NCBI GenBank assembly: GCA_009995385.1
Contig: JAACPT010000002.1
Coordinates: 759-64,758, forward strand
DNA from: Candidatus Parcubacteria bacterium
GTDB lineage: Bacteria > Patescibacteriota > Minisyncoccia > Phycocordibacterales > UBA918
Direction of reading: 5' to 3'
DNA: 64,000 nucleotides
Below are positions 21,001-24,991 of this stretch, one piece after another. The position numbers were made by a program, and so were the translations under genes. The notes below the pieces were generated by a model. The model was not told the origin of the DNA. It searched no databases and was given only the letters and a program-made list of their open reading frames with translations. Each line of letters begins with the position of its first letter. Position 1 is the stretch's first letter.

Positions 21001-22543
21001 TATCCTCGTTTGTCTTTATAATCAGTGTCTCATTAGTGTTATCGTCCGTCACTGAGAAATTAATTTTTTCTCCGTTTGGAAGACGTAACTCATCGCCAGA
21101 GAGCACCCCGCTGGTAAATCCATCATCACTGAGAAGCGCCTGAAGGTCGGTTGGCAAAATTTCTGGAGCCTCAAGCGTAAAGAGTTCCAGCCAAGCACTT
21201 TCAACGTAGAGCGATTGTAGCGCCGATGGATCATTGTCATACCGTAGTTGCACCTGAAGCGCATCGAGTGACATCTGGTCAGCTACTTCTGGTAATGCAA
21301 AAAGATAGTACCCACCATTGATACTGTTTGATGCCTCATCATCAATAATGATTGCACCGGCTGATAACCAGGTAGCACCTTGATCAATTGAATAGAGAAT
21401 TGAAAACTCTGGAATCAAATCGCGAGTTGGCTTTACTTTGGCAGCAAAAGAAAGACGGAGCTGCGCACCAGAGACCTCTACTCCAGTATCGAGAGGATAC
21501 CCGAAATCTGACAAGGTGATGAAGTACGATCCACATTGATCAGTACAATCAGAAGCGATGGTATGAACTTGTTCATCAACCTCGTCAACAATTAAAGTGG
21601 CATCACTTATCGATGAAGTTGGAGTTGGTGATGTTATAAAATCAAACTCACTTTGTAGAGCAGGTTCAGCTACTTCACCCGATATTTCTGGCGTATCGTT
21701 TACTTCCATGACAGCAGCGTCTTCTGTTGGAGCAACCGGGATAGTGACCACTTCCTCCACCGTTTGGACGACTGGTTCACCAACTGATTCAATCAATAGT
21801 TCATTTGAACCAGAACTTATTTCATTATTTAAAACTTCATCGGTAGTGACCGTAGTATCAAACACTGCTGTAACGGCTGCCACCGCCAACGCAAACAGTG
21901 ACTCCGCATGGCGTAGCACAGTAGTTGTCGCTGTATCGATAGGATCACCTGCACCCTCTGCATCAATAAGTTCTTCACCTGACTGCAGAGATTCAATACG
22001 ATCAGTAGTCGTCGTCTGTGTTTCAGGTACCAAAATTAAATCTTCAGCTGTGGTATTTTCCGGTAGTCCAAAATCAACGCTATCATCCAAAACAGCCGGT
22101 GTAGCTGTAGCTGCCGGAATCAGTACTTCAGTAGAAAAAGCTGGCACCTCTTGACCACCAGAAATTTGTGGCTTGGTATAGGTTCGTTCACGCTCGAACT
22201 GTACTGCTTCACTAGTATTTAACGTTACGGCATTAATGCCATTAAACTCCTGAAGGAGCGCATACTCATCAAGATTTTGGAATGTAATAGTTTCAACATT
22301 ATTCCAACCAGTGGCTACAACAGCTGCTGGAAAGACGTGCGTTGTTCTGATGACATATGCATCCTTGAATAACTGCGCGTGCACGTATGGCAAGAGCACC
22401 GCTAGTAGTAAAACGAATGTCGTTATGACAGTTCCAAATTTTTTATTTTTTACACGACAAATAACACCTTTTACTAAAATCGGCGCATAAAATATAGGTT
22501 TTTTTAGTTTTTCTCCAATCTTTTGTACGTGTTTACTTATCAC
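1..22543 (-). CDS. Giant secreted/cell-surface protein, 5' part only (the gene continues past the left window edge; at least ~7,500 codons). It has repeated DUF2341-like and LamG (concanavalin-like) modules plus beta-helix-like repeats. The start codon is uncertain: no in-frame ATG was found, and a GTG at 22543 is the best candidate.
   Basis: Over 22 kb, every minus-strand ORF in the track lies in a single other frame (all end coordinates are 0 mod 3), and plus-strand ORFs never occur in frame 1. My hand translation of the remaining minus frame from ~22540 down to position 1 hit no stop. It read as protein throughout: signal peptide '...KNKKFGTVITTFVLLLAVLLPYVHAQ', then repeated motifs such as 'FPVYVDLS..FW..V.SDGRDIRVTT.DG.ELP.DLV.I...T.TGELHF...FY.YY.N' and 'DELRFAS..R...W...EY.N'. 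The codon phase at position 4 equals the phase at 22543. The ORF is presumably missing from the track because no stop falls inside the window. Confidence 0.75.
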   Translation of the reverse strand, partial: MISKHVQKIGEKLKKPIFYAPILVKGVICRVKNKKFGTVITTFVLLLAVLLPYVHAQLFKDAYVIRTTHVFPAAVVATGWNNVETITFQNLDEYALLQEFNGINAVTLNTSEAVQFERERTYTKPQISGGQEVPAFSTEVLIPAATATPAVLDDSVDFGLPENTTAEDLILVPETQTTTTDRIESLQSGEELIDAEGAGDPIDTATTTVLRHAESLFALAVAAVTAVFDTTVTTDEVLNNEISSGSNELLIESVGEPVVQTVEEVVTIPVAPTEDAAVMEVNDTPEISGEVAEPALQSEFDFITSPTPTSSISDATLIVDEVDEQVHTIASDCTDQCGSYFITLSDFGYPLDTGVEVSGAQLRLSFAAKVKPTRDLIPEFSILYSIDQGATWLSAGAIIIDDEASNSINGGYYLFALPEVADQMSLDALQVQLRYDNDPSALQSLYVESAWLELFTLEAPEILPTDLQALLSDDGFTSGVLSGDELRLPNGEKINFSVTDDNTNETLIIKTNEDTYQGLSEVATYFSVTNTASKAEEFSIQTYFPREVGEVVSLEMFNQNKPRTAVIPEYRPYVYHCEAGWEYVGEQLPESLDALSRQLAEDAVLAEASSRSVLPISSESTSTLEVTSEEIATTTALVFEEEAGIERVIESKEIIAVEDQIPAYSCRNTNVVRECDELDGANTACVMLDVKVAEHNMTRYEPGWEKIATAAGEQPRPGVLRKIAQFVGLGPDKKDVPAEFEVRAHTPGTYLIEPGETKYFKMDIAFPPFSNGEYWIEVIGNSEYGLLDPFWTSDWSYRMPITIDNTNGTTDLSEYQVFLEISSALTDFWNNVAADGSDIRFAQQVSTGNFSNAGTAQTNWFDPSFGGRVAITIPPLTVTEDQSNFPVYVDLSLFDAGFWAGVKSDGGDIRVTTSDGTELPIDLVEINTTAQTGELHFLASAIAAHAANTFYVYYDNTAASGYASSDPSGSQAVWTGAGYQAVYHFSDNPSTVGNVLTDETGYGHDLTVITAAPATTTGQMGTAYDFTAVSGYLASTTWTFPGGDPLVITGLYRMPVVSNSALWQWGTANQPDDMEFRPWYTGLNTAATGLHYFGATGGATYTLARATSTWSAFGTVGTTSISGNNLVFEDGVLIESVPQTVGNPTNTGAGGFSVARTGTNTWWNGQVDELRVALTTRTDERVRLETSNLSDPTHFYSIGDSQVPDNAANLTWYSTSWGKRLKFSIPQAKISANLTDFPVYIDLSMFGTEFFSAVKTDGRDIRITTGDGVTELPFELVSIDKGTNSGELYFKTNLNRNAANDFYIYYQNEDALPYSRTSTYGSNNVWTNNYLAVYHLEEDAVGTSNLNLYKDSTSNQYDGDDYNTSNSKVGLFGKGQEFGDDQNDYLILPREVLNGVSNLTTSWWHQTTIGGAQTIVSGAKDNTAAGSNEYIIYFSNTSNLQLFYQNAFESFGLSDTIGTHNTGSWNFFAVTGEDAIDEVNFYVNGVGDTENPDPQPIAPLSIANGGLIVGQEQDSLGGGFQNNQNFEGQLDELRFASVVRNKNWLAVEYANMNNVSSFVATSSAEDLAITDFVELDFWVQHFDNTSDQADIWVQVDSIPAGEETTIYMYYGSTGATSASDELATFSYSTSTDLYYVVDDSGATSISVQSLIDGNAVSIDGGTPVPLNQGERTTFATFTGSSIISTLGPISGTVTGNSTDSSDTLAPISFATTTFAVPLNRAADRWYIHAPFATTTVSTYIGNSGTASQTIVIPKNTASTSTTDPTDSGSGVDGNGIVVEATSPVLLMHRTTNPGDGIVAYPPTTRDLFGVDSNYFHLSATADNPDATVYCSVGTGGATTGTTRGEKDDITQCTTAAEGAGSAVRFTGAIQPISAVQMADGDGNEATVFWPQHEFGTRYFMTNDAAYAAVVCSPRFGDVALEVQDSAGNLVESATCSPVGNNPGKAYFNHGNGTNGDAINFTAGHQIVSTNGKPFYVIYEDVNVEQDEKNILGSVQARKFDGVTNRLIGFGAQESATIITYDDDLEQLSYRWYENTTLQTPTSSWPINASEDVEEGVAISGSGAVDDGDILRLRMNLAVTTATATVQSSAFTLQYAAAAGVGQCSSATSWHDLGEIGSTTALFRGYNNPTLEDGTTLSSTTLASSTVLASYEERNYSNLIPNEIGIGEVGEWDWVIEAVSVDINTTYCFRMVRATGHELTTYTTYPELITVGPPNTPSNLVYFDNEHTTDLTPVLEFVSIDLASDDIQYQVQVDDDPTFASVEIDRNSTAYPLNFENVTLPSDKAPFTSGNLIRFTAPTSVASSTTYWWRVRASDPLGSATASEWSLPTSFTTNQNLQTSEWFQTTGEQFTTNTLTNLTTTAGAVSASGVLGMMVSTPVDFDTAVVGNAWGEVDWSDTETVGEIRIQVEYKNGGSWQLIPNTLLPGNSTGVSIAPISLRELDTAVYNELRLVATFDGSTLSLQDWTIRWGLRVETPILGDLFDNQKTVETLPVFDFVSTDPQSDELEYEISFSTDKTFLTGSSTYNSSSSAGFANSGNGGDASPFTSGATVTYTTQVGSPFINTETYWWRVRAKDPNGDDSWSPWSNPDSFTVDTGLTVSTWFQTTKEQFEEGTLNGTIATTADAVVVNDKVGEFGKTTVTNGTWTTIDLQSIYNNPVVVASVRYTPLGDISRSARVRNKTATSFELLVTNSAGLATGSTVVDYLVVERGDWVLEDGSTGKRIVANTFSNVSDVVANPYPASGYGEDVTFSPAFAAAPAVVATISSDNDSTWAVVGLNDGNIRNNEPTASGMGIYLARGMQTAIHDPEDVDYIVMAPGHGTNNGSEFDADVSAIVHDEAPATAEAFFSPFSSAPEVVLVQQGSERGGQGGFAGLYAATIPTTNNYYPFIDEDVPADRAHTIERILAFAFENTSGVLKRYAASGLSGTVAGENIIFTDGAGPKYDNFSWNDSTPGVSDVYYQMEYEVSPGIYALIPNSIIPGNSIGTSVGPIDLTSVDINIYPVIRPVATLTCSGGNCPQINDWQLEWSEGVNMSGTLKEYDRLTAVATGTIRAAVNGTPVGGSATVAAGSWTLSNITAFSGDTVTVWVDGATESEEAVGVFVYDGTGDITGVELFEQHLSISADEEETVTNASLGLYDNLTSGDEDIFYNVDTFNNLVVCSVGACSDASIYIGPGNTYIPAAAGGTSVTTHDVINDGTIELDSNTVIVTGSWKNNATSSIDTATINFTAATGTESISSTESPLVFHTLSFGSGAGDAVFTLSAGLDLSGSLTVASGTLDRSGLAISLAGNLTTGTGGFWLGLGTTSFDGAGAKTWRDDNLITQKVGDVLIDGASTNVTALTNVGAYDIRIGTNDRLNGTSGKTIYVAGDWENNGIFSAQSGTVELIHDDRTYPPTVPGSQDWYADSNFTSRLMIETNPVEIPGVLTNFPVYIDLSTLGNDFWNSVHSDGRDIRITSGDGQTELPYDLVAIDAVTKTGELHFLTNSVDSATSTYFFIYFNNATATAYYPTDTYGSQAVWSQYEAVYHFVDDPTAVDSYVYDATTNGNHLLVEVAGLATSTGQLGQSINLIGSTGILRNAGFTWTAGNPLVTSGWYKMPAASNESLWQWGTAASPNSIEFRPWYQTTNGLHYFGVTANATYAQSPRDTTNWLHFTTIGATTTGQDNLVYQNSIEVERVTQTVANPYNNGATGLQVGREGTGGSLQAQIDELRISTVLRTSDWVEAEYSNQKTPTVFYATSSVQSYTPDVVIDEASHRIDAGGSPFYNLIFNDATTSPAFTEPSVTITNDLTIATGTVAFPTGVLTIGGSLTNNGYFMHNNGQVTFNSTAAETIELHGTEFYNGLYNVVFNGSGSWTFADSNATTSNNITINNGTVVFPTGVLAVGGFLDVNAGGFNANAGTIHFTSVESESISTKGSSFNTVIFGNDDPAFGWYNSAWGERMVIKVASTSVAGMVTDFPVYLDLSTMGNSFWAKVAVDGRDIRMTSSDGKTELPIDLVDISVGLKTGELHFLAPSLSPVVDTTFYVYFDNAAAEAPATDSVYGANAVWTEYEAVYHFNGDPTTGVPDMSGNGRNLSPLVGTPVSTVGLVGDALDLTGGNVMVGNSGWTWTAGEDLVSSGLYYQSAVDDGALWEFGTVCGANNGTCLAFLPWYTRTTGYHRFGVTTADTYTFSRNGTIWHHFTTNGRATAGQANQIFEDSILRGSVLQTVPAQNPTNTGLQLGRYTAGTYMNIKIDELRFASTTRSQQWITTEYRNLTAVKSFYSTSTQSYLEVVPSYTLDEATTVATGDVKIYYANLVAPSSNFSIGGSAFNSNGSYNPNNATTTFNSTDVGETVAFGDGAFYNLSFNGVGGGWTIATTTVLNDATLITGADFTLAPGTMLTVAGIFRNSFNEAATTWDDSILVLSGGDYTVTNRLDFGDDYATLVVSNDSDLVMWNSSVSTSTIRDTSSLYMPDFNGVNGTLRIYGAYERTSGTEYWSRDTDFDGTSLVGGGERTVSVEIGRGASIYLATSTTLVAKGAAGATTTVAAISGIYSLTVNAGTLNTEYASFTDMGPKGLSLTNGTTVNTLTAVEFGVAGGRSGITVDAATVNTQPSSEFTNIVFATTTANGIYEPAWSDQIVLTIDADAVNEDLVNYPVYVNLSHLGTAFWNGVQSDGRDIRVTTDGGVELPIDLVEINTTTKTGELYFLASAISNTANTVFYIHFNNPAAAAYGATNQYGRQAVWANYEAVYHFNENPTISITDMTGNGHNLFPTSGTPATTTGLVGTALDTTAANNVKLENLTWTWTPGDDLVSSGLYRMANFDTSALWQFGDGSGSDNGTYLSFMPWYNNTTRGYFRFGMTSGTDYSFTRNAASWHHFTTIGRATAGEVSEIYEDNILRDSVTQLLSAQNPTNTGLRIGAYQTTTYGDMDIDELRFSVTPPSANRIDAEYRNFTDATSFYATSSAETFSYNVTTDGVPATFWLFSGGTGNLYGEEHDNDDGNPGSIQWDDSNFSVTISGTVYNDDGVTPATYPVCNGSTEVVTVVLDGMTTYTASCNPLDGSFSVSGISYTGEPQIVTYLNSEAATPQTNVQIYDEITGTGTVAGVVMTVNRPSVVDGSVLVLIAGKDDDPLITAPVGWTAINTLGNTTGDQIDTGIWYRVVTDAGTEPTTYNFTADNGEGFSFWMGALINVDTVTPIDVASTWTKVQNQFEPTAPSITTVTNGALVLSAWYTYLDTQVVAPVYNWFDRANNIVNPESGNLTVSSRSMLTAGATGDVSLSGVIATRESHVGQFAFRPSTGPTGSSSMVAAAVTKTPIGNSGSPYNTIALRDQKNAYGTVAAAAAIDINRPAVENGDVLVAILGKEDDFIVTPPGGWTQGDDLIQSVGNAMYTGVWYHVVTNAGSEPVSYSFISNDDGVEEFSYWIGSFSGVDATNVFDVTPVWSNLQNVSSPTAPSINTVTPGAYVLASWYVIDDNAMDMPASPWLTLAQDVMINNRLLAVSGRTMVSAGATSDATMTNGSVDDVNVGQFALRPAAVSVADTISDMDLYQNRVIVRHENVDALTIADMVVFDHDNDSDLPFTAATGVPDLLSVQSGSGLVIWNDKTFTTGGAVALLGAGSTPADGSLLLKQSSILQAHSSDDITIGGSLYLETGATFSGSASTVDFTATNPGQSIGAAASSTITLYDVSFTGVGGNWAIQTPLISETGILVATGTVSGVANVTINDGSFSGNGTVDFTGGTTLLKKTNTLGGMRPWTFNNLTLGSGAVAGITTPASTATTSVRGTLTIAAAHFLAAGNSLWDLQGNGNVFVETGTFIEDMSTIRFSGTTPNIKQTPYYNVVIDTDRGGTVTATAPTTGLQILNNLTIGVLGTSTLNANTNDPTFSVGNNVLIGSLGTLEASNNKTLTVNGNWENDGIFNANGGTVTFSKVGGSATITAGDSPFAVLNVLGSAAYTVTENATSTGNLTITTGSFTLNPGLTLAVGGAFSNTMTDDSTTWTDTTLSFYSGTAFVMNTKTTSDTYDTIVTASGTHPRLWNSTTTVVTTNGVSSLYSMNHRDVTGELYIFGDYVNEGYSDYWSYATDFDGASLGVPRQASVYIEAGGTAQYPSGSLYIIGTSSASTTIAAQTSGTYELTIGGDTEVEMSNYVVRDTTSAGLIFTGAPHILNLSHGDLEVAIADGSTMTVGGSVITANPALNFTDIRMATTTAINAYNVTATGTSASAWRFVNVQGNLGGEAKDVDPAGDPGYLTWEDSAAIINISGAVYSDEGVTASAACDGTTKNVWLSIQGLTFASTTCAVGTGAYSFVGVGYGVGNTLTVYIKGESEKAVTVTQDPVSSISGLDLYENRVILTHESSAPMTIADMSTWDSDNDADILFNTETAGTNTLVLPANTKLIVWNNKKFTPGGNVTVSGGGAGTDYDGTLELRAGATFTAANGQVHSIGGSLLTGTGAVFTPAQSTVTFTTTGTARTIDSNNAGFYNLSFTGAGSWTVADPALLVVGDYIQSAGSVTLPSATTTIGGTFDITGGSFVANSGLLYFTATDVGNVVRFNGSDTATVRFNGTGGSWIIADTNATTTNSFTVSAGTVTLPTGTLTVGDNFIVQGSVVHAGGSVNLIGTGGGNLFTLKGNTLNNLKIIAGTGDYTMTDAGAAFLGDLFLQSGQLTVGTGTVSVGGSFDVSGGTFISSNGTLLFNSANTGEFIDTGTNDLYDVVFGSVNGGWTIVDNATTTNNFSLAAASSFTMSSGTRLYIGGVFTNNVGGTATNWNGTQVVLGSGTEYEVSGKAVATERYNILEVGTNTDISMWNSSATTTIVASSGSLYSQDHNAVNGSLYIFGDYHIATTTEHWSYATDFDGAALGGSPRAASVAIAGGSTVTVDGGTLHMLGSANSTSTVSNQGTGIYTFTASAGIFDAEYYRFRNLDADGLQILGTATIGSLSLGDFEQASDSATLITLVSTALNTNASLVVTNTRFATGGFVAGTNISLDATTTNSWLITGASGNLWGESYDVDGTDDCSSIRWDDSQCLLTEQATYRWRNDDGGEGAAPGTWFDSNWAARKRVRVVNEDATTYTDVAVKVEVAYDTDMQTDFDDVRFTDASGTTTLSYWREQYTTATAAQFWVKVPTMNADTVTELYLYYGNNTATTTSEISDVFNAYDDFDDNNLTEYSGDTAKFGTTGTFAYGGGYGLYASPNPNDKTTDGIGRTDFTISQGEIIRYMQYVDTTVGSADEVCTLFAVQSPVTANQNYGVCLEQFGTDRVSLVENVQNTDSTGTVLASSSISLVTGWYEIEIDWQTNNSIDVAVFDATGSLAATTSATDSTYTSGGFGFTFWGQNGGWDSYISWPRTATQPVVYLGAEQLQGGASWAAAQNTPTGGFLFDETARLRIGIENTGLPITNQNFRLEFAPKLAAPSCEAVTSGSFTAVPNLASCGTSAICMTTSANVTTGSPTTDHLLTAAGAFVPGQIVADTSNQSTAINVDQNKYIELEYVIKLTTNAVNDAYCFRVTDGGSTLDSYAKLPELTLAFDPTVGPISFNNG

Positions 22544-22596
22544 TTTTCTGCATAGTAGCCTCACTTCAGAGATGAAGTGGACTGTATATAAGTATA

Positions 22597-22623
22597 CCGC
22601 CCAACTACAGTGTAGTTGGGCGG
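22597..22623 (-). terminator. Perfect 13-bp inverted repeat (ccgcccaactaca g tgtagttgggcgg) between the stop of the cohesin-like gene and the start of the giant gene. It is a putative intrinsic terminator or attenuator.
   Basis: Read directly from the sequence. On the minus strand it is followed by the AT-rich stretch 'tatacttatatac'. Confidence 0.4.
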
Positions 22624-22656
22624 TTATCCTCATATTTTATTAGGTTTTTCTTAAAT

Positions 22657-24195
22657 CTACTTCAATACTGCTTTTACATCATTAATCTCTTTCTCTATCA
22701 AGGTCTCAGAAACTTCTAGTGCCTGCGTCAAGGCTTCAACTGCTTCTTTTTCCTTAGTTGATAGTCGTTTGCGTTTGGTAATCAAATTTATTTGGTCGTA
22801 GATTTCGTCACGCAACGCCGAAAAGATTTTTTCCATCTGATCTTGTACCTCACGAGTTTCTCGACGAAGTTTTTCTTCTCGCTCTTTCAAAGTTTTATGT
22901 TCGTACCAGAAGTAAATAATTTGAAGCAAAATGATTACCAAAAGAAGGAATACGAATAAATTGATTGGAGTAAAGAAATCCCAGATCGAACCTTCATCTA
23001 CTACCACCACTGGTTTTACCCAGCCGGCAGTAATCAGTACAGCCACACTACTCTCTCGCTTGTTACCAGCCATATCAACAGCTACTACTTTGACAGTGTA
23101 CGTGCCATTTTCGAGTTCTTTAAGGAGGTACCCCAATCTTGCTTCATCAGGACTGACTCGTAGTGGTTCTTTATCCGCCACGGTCATTTCGTAATAATCA
23201 ATACCTGACGTAACGTCATTAGCTTCAAAGCGAAGTAGTGGGAATGAGTCTGGAGAAGTACCTGCTTGCACATTAATAGCGTATGGTTCAGGTGGCGTTG
23301 TATCGATCTTGAGTTTACGGTTGGTCACTGCTCCCCAACCTACCTGATTCTTAAAGTTCACACTGACGTACTGAATACCATCTGTGACGTTGCTTTTTGA
23401 AATTACGAATTCTTCCACTGGCGGATCTATCACTGCCCCCTCGCTATCCTGGGGTTTATTTTCTGGATTGGTAGTCAGCTCAACTGCCACTACATTCACA
23501 TCAAACGGTAGTGTCCAAGAAAAGATACCTTCTGTTTTGTTATACCAAGTTTCTGGATCGAGGAATGTCTGTGAACCAACCTCTGGAGACCGTGGTGGAT
23601 CACCATAGATGATTGCTTGCTGACCGTCATCAGCTGTCGGTTCTTTTGGTGTTACTGTCGGAGTGGTATCTGACGGTGGCGGAGTAGTTGGTGTAGTAGC
23701 GGCTCCAACAGTGTACGAGCCAGGAGTGGCGTTTTTGAAAACATCAGTACCGCGTCCGTCAGCAGCAAGAATAGATGAGTTAGAAAAAGTCACTGAACCA
23801 GTCCCCTCGGTAATTGCTCGGAAGGTGATAGAAATTAGATTTGAAGGAGTCGTAAAAGGAGTGGGACTACCTCCACCAAATGTGATAGTACCAGCAGTGT
23901 TAGAAAAAGCTGGTTCTGTAGTCCATAAGGAAAAAGCCGAGCCTGTCTTACTGATACTAACAACCGAAAGCACCGTTGGATTAAACTTGAGTGTTGATTC
24001 TACCGCATTAATACTGTCAGTATTGGGAACTGCACGCAAGGTAACAGTAAAGGTCTGCCCAGCAGTATATGATCCAGTACTTGGCGCAAGTGAGAGGTCA
24101 GCAGCAAAGGTCGTACCAATGAGTAACAAAAAAAACATTGCTGTAGCAAACAACAGTTTTGTGATTTGGGCGTAGTGTCTAGTAAGGTACAACAT
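22657..24195 (-). CDS. Membrane-anchored cohesin-like domain protein with a signal peptide, cohesin-like and Ig-like domains, a TM helix and a C-terminal cytoplasmic coiled coil.
   Basis: Track ORF 22657..24204; an ATG at 24195 gives 'MLYLTRHYAQITKLLFATAMFFLLLIG'. The cohesin-like pattern is 'L.L.P.....GQTFTVTL......INAVESTLKFNPTVLSV.SI...........T.....NTAGTITFGGG.......LISITFRAI.EGTGSVTF'. The TM helix is 'FVFLLLVIILLQIIYFWY', followed by a charged coiled-coil tail. Confidence 0.6.
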   Translation of the reverse strand: MLYLTRHYAQITKLLFATAMFFLLLIGTTFAADLSLAPSTGSYTAGQTFTVTLRAVPNTDSINAVESTLKFNPTVLSVVSISKTGSAFSLWTTEPAFSNTAGTITFGGGSPTPFTTPSNLISITFRAITEGTGSVTFSNSSILAADGRGTDVFKNATPGSYTVGAATTPTTPPPSDTTPTVTPKEPTADDGQQAIIYGDPPRSPEVGSQTFLDPETWYNKTEGIFSWTLPFDVNVVAVELTTNPENKPQDSEGAVIDPPVEEFVISKSNVTDGIQYVSVNFKNQVGWGAVTNRKLKIDTTPPEPYAINVQAGTSPDSFPLLRFEANDVTSGIDYYEMTVADKEPLRVSPDEARLGYLLKELENGTYTVKVVAVDMAGNKRESSVAVLITAGWVKPVVVVDEGSIWDFFTPINLFVFLLLVIILLQIIYFWYEHKTLKEREEKLRRETREVQDQMEKIFSALRDEIYDQINLITKRKRLSTKEKEAVEALTQALEVSETLIEKEINDVKAVLK

Positions 24196-24215
24196 AAGGA
24201 ACAAAAACTTAAGCG

Positions 24216-24695
24216 TTAATTCGTGCGTTTGGGTAAGCCGCGACCACCAGTAACTTTTAGTTGCACTTTTTCTTTTTCACTTGGTTTTAAGAGTGGTAAA
24301 ATGAGTATCAGTACACCATTCTTTATCTTTGCTTCCGCTTGATCGATATTAACACTTTCTGGCAAAATGATGCGACGATAGAAATCTCCCCAAATACATT
24401 CCTCGGCAACATACGAACCCTTCACATTTTTTTTTGGGAACACAATGTATTCAGGGCGTATGCGCTTCCCTTCTATCAAGACAATATCGGCATCACCCTC
24501 AATTGAGACGTGAACATCATTCATATCGGCACCTGCTGACTGAGCATACACCACGATCATACGCTCGGTTTGATACACATCAACATGAAGTTGCGCTACC
24601 TTGTCAACTGCCGTTTCTTCAGCATCAGACAACAGCGACGCATCTTCGTTGCGTACCCCTTTACCTTTTAATCTCTGCAGAAAGGACATATACAA
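24216..24695 (-). CDS. Hsp20/alpha-crystallin family small heat-shock protein.
   Basis: Alpha-crystallin domain signature 'GDFYRRIILPESVNIDQAEAKIKNGVLILILP'. Confidence 0.85.
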   Translation of the reverse strand: MYMSFLQRLKGKGVRNEDASLLSDAEETAVDKVAQLHVDVYQTERMIVVYAQSAGADMNDVHVSIEGDADIVLIEGKRIRPEYIVFPKKNVKGSYVAEECIWGDFYRRIILPESVNIDQAEAKIKNGVLILILPLLKPSEKEKVQLKVTGGRGLPKRTN

Positions 24696-24991
24696 CTATT
24701 ATACTTACTTTTATTTACAGAAAGGATATTTACCCACACATTACCATCTATTGAAACGTTCCCATTCCTTGAAACCGAATCGTCCCCTGGAATTGATGTC
24801 TGGAATATTTTTGCGTCGCAGCTTCGGATATGATGACGTACACCCGACCTTGATAAGAGTTATATCGATGCCACTCATTCGCTTATTTTAGCATGATAGA
24901 AAGGGGTTTTTGAAGCGGGGGAAAAGCTGATTAAATAGAGAAACTATTTTACTCACCAAAAACACCGAGTCTATGGAATCGGTGTTTTCGT

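Noticed and set aside
1-22400. Dozens of 60-185-aa plus-strand ORFs (for example 899..1456 and 21597..22154) and minus-strand ORFs in one frame
   Set aside because: They all lie in frames antisense to, or offset from, the single continuous giant minus-strand frame. Their translations are low-complexity Thr/Val/Ser strings typical of shadow ORFs.
24429-24437. T9/A9 homopolymer inside hsp20 coding sequence, as a possible phase-variation tract
   Set aside because: It encodes Lys-Lys in a conserved position. Homopolymers like this are common in AT-moderate genomes, and there is no reason to expect an Hsp20 gene to be phase-variable.
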